DNA of 64,000 nucleotides, taken from the NCBI GenBank assembly GCA_963818965.1, contig CAWFUG010000009.1, positions 128,001 to 192,000 on the forward strand, given 5' to 3'. The number at the start of each line of letters is the position of its first letter. The first letter of the stretch is position 1. A program made the position numbers and the translations under genes. Below are positions 11,277 through 19,873 of the stretch, one piece after another. Source of the stretch: an uncultured Verrucomicrobiae bacterium. Its GTDB lineage: Bacteria > Chlamydiota > Chlamydiia > Chlamydiales > Rhabdochlamydiaceae. The notes beneath the pieces were generated by a model, which saw nothing but the letters and a program-made list of their open reading frames with translations, searched no databases and was not told the origin of the DNA.

Positions 11277-12143
11277 TTAGATTTTTAAATTTTTGGCAAA
11301 TGCGTAACTAATAAGGGCCATAGATTCGCTATTTTTATAGGCAGTTTCTTGGTGAGAGAGTTCTAATAATTTTTTGCCGCCATCTGTTTTGGTTTTATTC
11401 GCTATAAGTTCTAAAACTTTTTTTTCAGAGTCGCTGAAAATGCTTAAATCTGCGGGTTTGCTCGTTTTAAGAGTGTGCCCTTTTGCTCGAATTAACTCCC
11501 CTTCATGAATCATGAAATAGATGAGATTTTCATATTGTTGAGGACAAGGACCATACTCTAAATGAGCATATCTCGCACCAGTAATGCTAGTGCCGTATGA
11601 TTTATAATGCAAAAAGTCTGCATAAAACAATGCTTTGTTTAAAAACAGGGGGCTAGTGGTGTATTTTATAAGATATCGAACTGCTTGTTTAAAAAGTTCC
11701 CAGCTAAAACGTCGATTCCCACTGTATATGTCGGGAGGATGACTTTTCCAATGAACATTGATAGCACTTAATTCTGCATAGCCTTCATCGCATTTTAGTC
11801 TGATGTGTTCATCTTGGCCTACATCTTGTACGAAATAAGTTTCCCAACGTTTGATGCTGGCTTCGCCCACCTTTAAATAATTGGCAAATGCTGCTTGTGA
11901 CATCCCAAATGAGTTGCGAAAATGGATGATTTCCTCAGAGGTTAACAATCCCTGTTTTTTCCGGTATGCATCTGCGGCAGCCTTTCTCAGTTCGCTCATC
12001 TGTTCATCATTCATAAGATGAGTATGACACTGCATGCAGACCATCGCTGATACGATGACCTCGACTTCCTCTCCTTTAATTTCAGGAGTGAAGCGGCATT
12101 TTTTTTCTTCAAATTTATCCCCGTCGCAATTGAGACACCTCAT
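11277..12143 (-). CDS. MqsA-family antitoxin (Zn-finger + HTH) fused to a DUF4065/Panacea domain
   Basis: CxxC...CxxC, MSQAAFANYLKVGEASIKRWE, LNKALFYADF...ITG..Y.HLEYGP. Confidence 0.8.
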   Translation of the reverse strand: MRCLNCDGDKFEEKKCRFTPEIKGEEVEVIVSAMVCMQCHTHLMNDEQMSELRKAAADAYRKKQGLLTSEEIIHFRNSFGMSQAAFANYLKVGEASIKRWETYFVQDVGQDEHIRLKCDEGYAELSAINVHWKSHPPDIYSGNRRFSWELFKQAVRYLIKYTTSPLFLNKALFYADFLHYKSYGTSITGARYAHLEYGPCPQQYENLIYFMIHEGELIRAKGHTLKTSKPADLSIFSDSEKKVLELIANKTKTDGGKKLLELSHQETAYKNSESMALISYAFAKNLKI

Positions 12144-12514
12144 GACGACTCCTTACTTTTGTGTAGAGATACGTAATAGTATCTGTTTTCTCTGAGAGCA
12201 AATTTAATGTACATTTTCTTCCTTAGTTTTTTACTGTCCCAGCAGAAGGCAAAAAGTTCTCGGTTTTCGATGGTTTTCTCGTAGGACTTTTGAGGAGGCT
12301 TTCCCCCGGCATAATCCCCAGGGCAAATTTCGTCCAAGAGCTCTAGGATTAATTCCCAAACCTGGTTAGGAGATTCTATTTCTAAGTCGTAGAGTTCTCC
12401 TGTTGCCTTATTGAGATTTGCGTATAAACCATTCTGCTTGATCAAAGCGGCCTTTGCTGCCTTAATCTGTCTATCCAGCTCTCTATCTGTCGGACGGTTA
12501 CAGATCATTCGCAT
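12140..12514 (-). CDS. MqsR-like toxin
   Basis: C-terminal MYIKF...VSLH; ATGA overlap with the antitoxin. Confidence 0.65.
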   Translation of the reverse strand: MRMICNRPTDRELDRQIKAAKAALIKQNGLYANLNKATGELYDLEIESPNQVWELILELLDEICPGDYAGGKPPQKSYEKTIENRELFAFCWDSKKLRKKMYIKFALRENRYYYVSLHKSKESS

Positions 12515-12530
12515 CCCAGCTCAATTAATA

Positions 12531-12544
12531 GTATCAAATGATAC
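12531..12544. promoter_or_regulatory. Palindromic operator in the TA promoter
   Basis: GTATCA-aa-TGATAC lies downstream of minus-strand TTGACT and overlaps an extended -10-like TGATACTAT. Confidence 0.55.
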
Positions 12545-12609
12545 CGCAAGTCAATAGAAATCGGCAAGGTGTATTGTAACACATTGGTAGTTAATTGGTT
12601 AATGCAGGT

Positions 12610-14850
12610 CTAGAAGAAAGTGGTGGTGGGGTCGACGTCGATCAGTGCCCTTAAGCTATTGGCTGAAGTGCCCAGTTCCCTGAGTAGGGGGAGGAGTTGC
12701 CCTAAGCCTTCTGCCTTGATGAGGAATTGAAACCGGTATTCCTCTTTCACTTTGGCGTGGCCGCAGGGGACGACGGGCAGGAGTTCATAGTGAGGGGGGA
12801 GGCGCTGGATGAGGGTGTTCCTCAGGGCTTGAGCGGCCTCGAGGGGGTGGCGAGGGTCCTTGCCCTTGAAGGTAATTTTAACCAGGCGGGTAAAAGGGGG
12901 GTAGTGGAAGAGCTCTCGCGTCTCGATTTCTTGGGCGTAAAACGCTTCGTAATTTTGTTCTTGGGCGAGCGTGATGATCGGATGGTCGGGGAGGTGGGTT
13001 TGAAGGAGGACCTCTCCTCTGAGTGCGCCTCGGCCCGATCTGCCGGCGACCTGGGTCAGGAGTTGAAAGACGGTTTCACTCGCGCGGAAATCGGGGACTT
13101 GTAGGCTGCTGTCGGCATTGAGGACGCCGACGAGGGTGACCATGGGGAAGTGCAGCCCTTTGGCGATCATCTGGGTACCGATGAGCACGTCGGCTTTTCC
13201 TGCGCGAAATTGCTTGAAGAGGAGCTCATGGCTGCCTTTGTGGCGGGTCGTATCGGCATCGAGTCTTAAAGTGCGGATCTCGGGAAAGATGGCGTGGAGT
13301 GCACGTTCGACCATCTCCGTTCCTGCTCCCTTAAATTTGATGCTTTCCGTGTGGCATTTAGGGCAACTTTTGGGAGGAGGAGAGAGCCTATAGTCACAGA
13401 GGTGGCAGGCGAGGATGTTTTCTCCGAGATGGAAGGTCAGGTTGGTAGAGCACAGGGGGCACTGGATCGCCTCGCTGCACTTGGGACAAAAGAGAGCAGT
13501 GTGGTAACCGCGCCGGTTCAAGAAGAGGAGAACCTGTTCTCCGACAGCGACTCTCTTTTTTATTCCCTCGAGAAGGAGTTCAGAAAAGAGGGTAAAACCC
13601 TTTGATCTCTCCCATTCTCGCTGCATATCGACGATGCGGATGTCGGGGAGGTGAGCATGATCTGCGCGTGAGTGGAGGGTGCTGAGGGTGTATTTTCCCG
13701 TGGAGGCATTTTTGTAGCTTTCGAGACTCGGCGTCGCACTGCCGAGCAAAACCGTCGCGTGGGCGATTTTTCCACGCATAATCGCGACATCGCGCGCGTG
13801 GTAAAGGGGGGGATCGTCTGATTGTTTGTAAGAGGATTCATGCTCTTCGTCGACGATGATAAGACCTAAGTTCGCGACAGGGCTAAAGACAGAAGAGCGC
13901 GCTCCGATGACGATCGGCGCGAGTCCATCGCGTAAGCGATGCCAGGCATCGTGCCGCTCTCCTAGAGAGAGACGGTGGTGGAGGATGGCGATCTTCTCAG
14001 AAAACCGCCCTTTGAGCTTTTCAATCATCTGAGAGGTGAGAGCGATCTCCGGGACGAGGAACAACACTCCCTTCTGGCGTTTGAGCGCGTGATCGATCGC
14101 TTGAAGGTAAACTTCTGTCTTGCCGCTGCCTGTTACGCCGTGGATGAGGCGCACTTCAAAGCGCTCCGCATCGAGAGACTCTTGGATCGCCTGGAGAGCT
14201 TTTGCTTGTTCCTCATTTAAGGTCTTAGGTTTTGTGGGGAAGTACTCCGCGTGGATTAAAAGGGAACGATCGATTTTGCCCTTCTGACAGCAGAGGATTT
14301 TTTTCTCGATGAGAGAGTGAACAGGGCTTTCCGAGCCTTGGGTCAGTTCGATCAATTTGGAAAATAAGAGACCCTTGGGAAATTTGAGCAGGACATCTAA
14401 CACCTCTGCCTGAGCGGGGGCTGTTTTTCTGAGCGCGACACACAGCTCACTTAAAGCTTGGGGAGAGAGCGTCGCTTGGATAAATCGCTGCTCTTTCGGT
14501 TTTGCTTTCCCTCGGACACTCGCAGGGAGCATGATTTGGATCACTTTATCCAGTGGTGTGCAGTAGTAATGGGAGATTGCTTTTGCGAGTTGAAAGAGAT
14601 CGGGTGGTAGAAAGACCTTTTCTGAGAGAACTTCTCGAATCTTTACCAATTTGGGAAAGGGGCTCGTCTCTTTCAGCTCGATGACGGTCCCTTGCCGCAC
14701 CGTAGTCCTGACGGGCACCTTCACGCGCATACCGACGTGCAGTTTTCCCCTCCAAATATCTGGGATCTCGTAGTCGAAAACGTGTTGGATCGCATCATCG
14801 AGGGCGACCACGGCGACAGAGAGAGGTGCTATTTCTTGAGTCGTTGACAT
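12610..14850 (-). CDS. priA: Primosomal protein N'
   Basis: GVTGSGKT, DEEH, four CxxC pairs, QVAGRSGR; start placed at MSTTQ. Confidence 0.95.
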   Translation of the reverse strand: MSTTQEIAPLSVAVVALDDAIQHVFDYEIPDIWRGKLHVGMRVKVPVRTTVRQGTVIELKETSPFPKLVKIREVLSEKVFLPPDLFQLAKAISHYYCTPLDKVIQIMLPASVRGKAKPKEQRFIQATLSPQALSELCVALRKTAPAQAEVLDVLLKFPKGLLFSKLIELTQGSESPVHSLIEKKILCCQKGKIDRSLLIHAEYFPTKPKTLNEEQAKALQAIQESLDAERFEVRLIHGVTGSGKTEVYLQAIDHALKRQKGVLFLVPEIALTSQMIEKLKGRFSEKIAILHHRLSLGERHDAWHRLRDGLAPIVIGARSSVFSPVANLGLIIVDEEHESSYKQSDDPPLYHARDVAIMRGKIAHATVLLGSATPSLESYKNASTGKYTLSTLHSRADHAHLPDIRIVDMQREWERSKGFTLFSELLLEGIKKRVAVGEQVLLFLNRRGYHTALFCPKCSEAIQCPLCSTNLTFHLGENILACHLCDYRLSPPPKSCPKCHTESIKFKGAGTEMVERALHAIFPEIRTLRLDADTTRHKGSHELLFKQFRAGKADVLIGTQMIAKGLHFPMVTLVGVLNADSSLQVPDFRASETVFQLLTQVAGRSGRGALRGEVLLQTHLPDHPIITLAQEQNYEAFYAQEIETRELFHYPPFTRLVKITFKGKDPRHPLEAAQALRNTLIQRLPPHYELLPVVPCGHAKVKEEYRFQFLIKAEGLGQLLPLLRELGTSANSLRALIDVDPTTTFF

Positions 14851-15488
14851 ACTGATTTCCAGAGCAGGCTCTTTTGCATCGCATCTTCGTAATGAGAAAC
14901 AGGGGAGAGGAGGATGAAGGGGGTCTCGGGTAAAGGGGGAAAAGAGGAGATTTGATCGGTTGCGAGAATGAGTTCGAACCGATTCTTTTGAAAAAACAGA
15001 TCCCATTGCTCCTCTTTCTCGAGTTTTAGCGCTGAGAGAATTTTGACCGGTCTCAATCTCTCATCGATGGCCCTGGCTAAGTTCTTGACAAAGTCCAAGG
15101 TCTCCGTACTCGCATCACACAGTAAGATGAGCACTTGAGAGTTGAGGGACTTGTCTTCTAGAACGGTGTCGTGCAGAGCGAGGTGGGGGGCGATTTTTTG
15201 GAGCTTCTTTCTGATGAGGGGGTCTTCGAGGTTTTTAGGAGCGGGGGAGGGTTCTAGTGGTTCTTGTGCCTTAACGGATGTAGGAGGGATGGGTTTGAAG
15301 GTCTGGGGTCTTGGCAGAGAGGGAAAGGGTTTTTGGGGAAGCGCTTCTTGTGGCGCCACGTTTTCTTTCTGAGCCGATAGAAAAAAAGCGGTTTCTTCCT
15401 CTGTACAGAGGTAAGGGGCGTTGGGGGTAAGCGGATCCCTCGCATACTTTAATGTGTCTCGAATGAGTTGAAAAACTGCTGCGCGCAT
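14829..15488 (-). CDS. Hypothetical protein, chlamydial CT779-like position upstream of priA
   Basis: 219-aa ORF overlapping the priA start; Pro-rich linker. Confidence 0.7.
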   Translation of the reverse strand: MRAAVFQLIRDTLKYARDPLTPNAPYLCTEEETAFFLSAQKENVAPQEALPQKPFPSLPRPQTFKPIPPTSVKAQEPLEPSPAPKNLEDPLIRKKLQKIAPHLALHDTVLEDKSLNSQVLILLCDASTETLDFVKNLARAIDERLRPVKILSALKLEKEEQWDLFFQKNRFELILATDQISSFPPLPETPFILLSPVSHYEDAMQKSLLWKSVCQRLKK

Positions 15489-16027
15489 TATATGAGTTCA
15501 GAAAGTAATAGTTTGCATTCAGAAATTTGGGAGGAGAATCCCCGCTGATGATACCGGTCGCATATTTTTTCTCCTAGGATTTCTAATCCTTCAGGGTAGA
15601 GCGTACGAAGAAAGTGCTGGAGGTGTGAGGGTTTTGTGATTTGATCGATAGTGGATCGATTTTTGAGTAAGAAGAGGATCAAGTTCTCATCTTCTTGGCA
15701 CTGTTTTAAAAAGGGCTCCAGTGCCAAGTAGAGATTGTGAAAGCAGAGGCGCTCTTGCTGGGAAGAAAGAAGCGACGAGAAGCTACTTTCAAATTGCACA
15801 AGCGCTTCTTGTTCTTCGGGAAATGCCTTTTTAAGCCAAAGAGCATGTTCTTGCAATTTTTTTAAGGGGAGAAGCTCTTCATCGCTGCCATGGAACGCTT
15901 CAAAGAGAAAAGTGAGCAAAAATTGCAGGAGCAGTCCCAAATGGCGTCTTTCTCTGAGCAAATGAGGAGAAAGGGGAGACAAATTGCGGCGCCAGAACAT
16001 AGAGTTTCTCTCAAAAAGCCGCACCAT
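15488..16027 (-). CDS. Hypothetical helical protein
   Basis: 179-aa ORF with TAATG stop/start coupling to the next gene. Confidence 0.65.
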   Translation of the reverse strand: MVRLFERNSMFWRRNLSPLSPHLLRERRHLGLLLQFLLTFLFEAFHGSDEELLPLKKLQEHALWLKKAFPEEQEALVQFESSFSSLLSSQQERLCFHNLYLALEPFLKQCQEDENLILFLLKNRSTIDQITKPSHLQHFLRTLYPEGLEILGEKICDRYHQRGFSSQISECKLLLSELI

Positions 16028-16059
16028 ATCAAATAAAAAAAAGAATCACAACAAATTCT

Positions 16060-17931
16060 TTACGAAATTAATCCCCGTTCTCTCAAGGGAGAAAATGCTT
16101 CATCCTCAAGCTCTTCAGCAGCTTTTTCAGAGATAGTGGCACCATAGGTAAGGAGAAGTTCGATGGCTTTTAGATTTTTCTTTTTGATCGCACGTAGGAG
16201 GAGGTACGCAGAGGGAATCCATGGCATCGCTTTACGCTCGAGTAAGGCTGAGAGGTAAAACCCCTCTCTATCTGCTGAAATCGCCTTTTCTAGATCGAAT
16301 GGATTATTATGAGAAGGGAAAGTTTTTAAAAGAAAGTGGAACAGCTCTGCATTGTGTTTTTTGATCGCAATCTGTAAAGGAGTGCATCGATTCGTGTCTA
16401 ACTCACGGATGCTAGCTCCTTGGCTTAGGGCGATTTGCACTTGTGTGAGGTCATTGGAAAAGAGCAATTCTCGTCGCTTTACCAAATGAGAAAAGACAGC
16501 GTCTTGTTGGAATACTAGAGCCCGCTCTCTAGAGAGAAAGACCCCATCCCCGAGGAGGATTTCAGTAGCTCTTGCATTTTTTTTATCAACTGCAAATCTC
16601 AAGGCGTCATTTTTTGCAAAGCTCAATCTCAAGCGTGCCGTCAAGTCGGTCGGTTCTTGCTGAGTTAGAGTGAGGAGATAGTAGGGGTCTGTACTTGGTA
16701 AGACCATCTCCTGCATCGGAGTGATTCCTTTTTCATCGGCAGTAGAAAGAGAGGCTCCATTTTCTAAGAGAAATAGGAATAGTTCCCGATTGTCATGTCT
16801 GATCGCAAGGTGTAAGGGCGTAGACCTGGTCGCATCCTGTTGATCGATGTCGGCGCCCTCTTCTAGAGCGCTTTTCACTTCAACAACAACAGTGGATAAG
16901 ATTTTCTCACTGAGGTTTTTAACGAATGCCTTATCCTCTTTTTTCAAGTAGTCCCAAAAAAAAGGCCTTTCTTGGTCTTTTATAAGGCAGTTATTTCTCT
17001 TCAAAAAGCGGAATAGATCTCTATCTCCATGGAGTTTATAGCTATTTTGTTTACTAGGGATATTAAGGGGTAAAGGGTTTGCAGGTACGGTGCGCTTAAA
17101 AACCGTAATGCATTCCGATCCAATGTCGAAACCTGTTTGTCTTCTTTTAGTAGTCACATAGCTTAAGGGTAGCTGAATGTTCTCCACTTTGCGTAAAATA
17201 AATTGATTCAAGCTGAAATTTTCGTCATGGTAGCTCATGAGAAAGGGAGCTTTTGTCTCGAAGAGAAGATTGATCATAGGAGCGTTGTCGCCCTTCTTGG
17301 CGGGGTGGTCTTCTAGCTCGAAGTAGTAGCCATCGCTTATCGAAACCCCACCTTCTCTAACTAAACTCATTTTTTGGACCTCGGTTCCCACGGGCTCTAC
17401 CAAGTGGCGAGCACACCACCGGGTAATGCAAAGATCGAGGCCGCCATCTTTTTCTACAAAAAGGCCGAAGTTGCGCAGTGCCATGGGAAGGCACTCTCCG
17501 ATCTCTTCCACTTTAAACGAGCCTAAACGGTAGAGCCTGATCTGGGGACTGAAATATTCAATGGACACACCCGCATACGATTCTCCGCGCACGCCGATGA
17601 TGTGGACCTCGATATCTGAGGGTAACCCTTGGGCCTGAAGAAATTTAGCAAGACCTTCCAGCCATTGAAAGTTACCGGCGCCGATATCTAAAGCGTAGAA
17701 TCTCTTTTGCTCAGGGTAGCCCTGTTTGATGAGCGCTTTCATGAGCTCGTGCTCATTGACTCCGCACATCCCGTAGCAATGACTTCCATTGTGTATGCCC
17801 CAATGACTCGATTTTTGGCACTCGAGTCGTTTAAAGGTACCTGAAATGCAAGCCTTGGTCTCTTCAGGGCGGTCCCTCCAGTTGAGATAATAGGGATCTG
17901 TTGTTGTTGCAGAGGCGGGTGTAGGTAACAT
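16060..17931 (-). CDS. SAM-methyltransferase-like domain + ankyrin repeats, paralog 3
   Basis: YALDIGAGN, DLCITRWCARHLVEP; ankyrins TPLHLAI and TPLQIAI. Confidence 0.8.
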   Translation of the reverse strand: MLPTPASATTTDPYYLNWRDRPEETKACISGTFKRLECQKSSHWGIHNGSHCYGMCGVNEHELMKALIKQGYPEQKRFYALDIGAGNFQWLEGLAKFLQAQGLPSDIEVHIIGVRGESYAGVSIEYFSPQIRLYRLGSFKVEEIGECLPMALRNFGLFVEKDGGLDLCITRWCARHLVEPVGTEVQKMSLVREGGVSISDGYYFELEDHPAKKGDNAPMINLLFETKAPFLMSYHDENFSLNQFILRKVENIQLPLSYVTTKRRQTGFDIGSECITVFKRTVPANPLPLNIPSKQNSYKLHGDRDLFRFLKRNNCLIKDQERPFFWDYLKKEDKAFVKNLSEKILSTVVVEVKSALEEGADIDQQDATRSTPLHLAIRHDNRELFLFLLENGASLSTADEKGITPMQEMVLPSTDPYYLLTLTQQEPTDLTARLRLSFAKNDALRFAVDKKNARATEILLGDGVFLSRERALVFQQDAVFSHLVKRRELLFSNDLTQVQIALSQGASIRELDTNRCTPLQIAIKKHNAELFHFLLKTFPSHNNPFDLEKAISADREGFYLSALLERKAMPWIPSAYLLLRAIKKKNLKAIELLLTYGATISEKAAEELEDEAFSPLRERGLIS

Positions 17932-17959
17932 AATTAGTCCTTATTTTTTCTTATTAAAT

Positions 17960-19864
17960 CTACTGTTCATGCCGACCATAGTATAAGCACTGTTCCCCTA
18001 GACTTTGCAGACAAGCTCTTAAGGGTGAAAATATCTCATCCTGGAGCGCTAGAGCATTTGCCTTAGAAATAGGAATCTTGTGCTTGAGGAGAAGTTCAAT
18101 GGCTTTTAGGTTTTTGTGCTCAATCGCAAGTGTGAGAGGGGAACGTTTTCTGTAGATAGAGCGATTTTGCAGGAGTTCTCCGCGCTCAAGCAAAGCGAGA
18201 AGGTAGGATCCTTCTGTATCGATCAAAATGGCCTCGTTTAGAGGGCTGTTGTCTTCTAGATTTTCAGCAAAGAGAAAGGGTTTTTCTTCTAAAAGAAATG
18301 CGAATAGTTCCCAATTTTGGTTTCTGACGGCAAAATGTAACGGAGTGGACCCAGTCAGATCTTTTTCATTGATGCCAGCTCCCTGTTCTAGAGCGGTTTT
18401 TACTTGTACCAGGTCGTTGGAAAAGAGCATTTCTCGACGTTTTATTAAAGGGAAAAAGACCACGTCTTGTTGGAGTGCTTGTTGGTTTTCTTCAAAAAGG
18501 GGGATATCCTTATCCTGGAGGAGAAGTTCGACCGCTTTTACGTTTTTGAGCTCAATCGCAAGCTCTAGATCTTTGTGCCGAGCTGGCCTACTCTCGATCA
18601 TAGGACGCAGATAAAATCCTTCTGTATCTAGTGCAATTGCATCGCGCAGGGGAGTCCTCTTTTCTCGATCAAGCTCATAAGGATGAGCTCCTTTTTCTAA
18701 AAGGAGCGCGAATAGCTCCCGATTTTGAGATCTGACCGCAAGGTGCAAGGGAGTAGCTCCAGTCAGATCTTTCTCACCGATGTCTGCTCCATTTTCTAGA
18801 GCCGTTTTTACTTGTGCTAAATCATTGGAAAGAACCATTTCTCGAAGAAGCGCAGCATACCCCGCATCCTCTTCTTTTAAGTAGTCCCAACAAAAGGTCA
18901 TATTTCTTGTGTTTGCAAGGCAGCCATTTCTATGCAAAGAGAGGAATAGGGCTCTATCGCCATGGAGTTTATGTGGGTATTCAGGGATATTTAATTGCAG
19001 AGGTTTTTTAGCAATCGTTCGCCTAAAAACCGTAACGCATGCCGATCCGATCTGGTATTTCTCTTGATTTGCCTCTTCACTTGTTACATATTGTAGCGGT
19101 AGCTGGATAGGCGCCTCGAGTTTTTGTAAGATGAACTGATTAAGAGTCCTGCTATTGTCGTCGTATTTCATGAGAAAAGGGGCGTGCGTGTCGAAGAGAA
19201 GATCGAGCATATAAGCGTTGTAGCCCATCATGCCGGGTCGGTCTTCCAGCTGGAAGTAATAGCCATCCCCGATCGAAATTCCCCCTGTCTTAAGTAAATT
19301 CATTTTTTGGGTCTCGGTTCCCACGGGCTCTGCCAAGTGGCGGGAACACCACCGAGAAATGCAAAGATCGATCCCGCCGTCTTCTCGTACAAAAAGGCCG
19401 TAGTTGCGCAGTGCCATGGGAAGGTGCTCTTCGATCTCTTCCACTTTAAAACTGCCCAAACGGTAGAGCCGGATCTGAGGGCTAAAGTATTCAATAGACA
19501 CACCATCGTACGATTCTCCTCGCAAGCCGATGATGTGGATCTCGACATCTTGAGGCAACCCCTGAGCTTGAAGAAATTTAGCGAGGCCTTCCAGCCATTG
19601 AAAGTTGCCAGCGCCGATCTCTAAAGCATAAAATCTCTTCTGCTTAGGATAGCCTTGTTCGATGAGCGTTTTCATGAGTTGGTGCTCATTGACTCCACAT
19701 ATCCCATAGTACTCACTTCCATTGTATGAACGCCAATTACTGGCTGTTTGTGGTGTGAGGGATTCAAAAGCATTGGAAATGAAAGCATTGGTCTCAGGAG
19801 GGCGGTCCTTCCAGTTGAGATAGTAGGGATCTGCTGTTGTTGCAGAGGCGGGTATAGGTAGCAT
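17960..19864 (-). CDS. SAM-methyltransferase-like domain + ankyrin repeats, paralog 2
   Basis: YALEIGAGN, DLCISRWCSRHLAEP; ankyrins GATPLHLAV and GSTPLHFAV. Confidence 0.8.
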   Translation of the reverse strand: MLPIPASATTADPYYLNWKDRPPETNAFISNAFESLTPQTASNWRSYNGSEYYGICGVNEHQLMKTLIEQGYPKQKRFYALEIGAGNFQWLEGLAKFLQAQGLPQDVEIHIIGLRGESYDGVSIEYFSPQIRLYRLGSFKVEEIEEHLPMALRNYGLFVREDGGIDLCISRWCSRHLAEPVGTETQKMNLLKTGGISIGDGYYFQLEDRPGMMGYNAYMLDLLFDTHAPFLMKYDDNSRTLNQFILQKLEAPIQLPLQYVTSEEANQEKYQIGSACVTVFRRTIAKKPLQLNIPEYPHKLHGDRALFLSLHRNGCLANTRNMTFCWDYLKEEDAGYAALLREMVLSNDLAQVKTALENGADIGEKDLTGATPLHLAVRSQNRELFALLLEKGAHPYELDREKRTPLRDAIALDTEGFYLRPMIESRPARHKDLELAIELKNVKAVELLLQDKDIPLFEENQQALQQDVVFFPLIKRREMLFSNDLVQVKTALEQGAGINEKDLTGSTPLHFAVRNQNWELFAFLLEEKPFLFAENLEDNSPLNEAILIDTEGSYLLALLERGELLQNRSIYRKRSPLTLAIEHKNLKAIELLLKHKIPISKANALALQDEIFSPLRACLQSLGEQCLYYGRHEQ

Positions 19865-19873
19865 AATTATTCC

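Noticed and set aside
14851..15006. Longer priA start given by the ORF track
   Set aside because: It overlaps the upstream gene by more than 150 nt with non-PriA-like sequence
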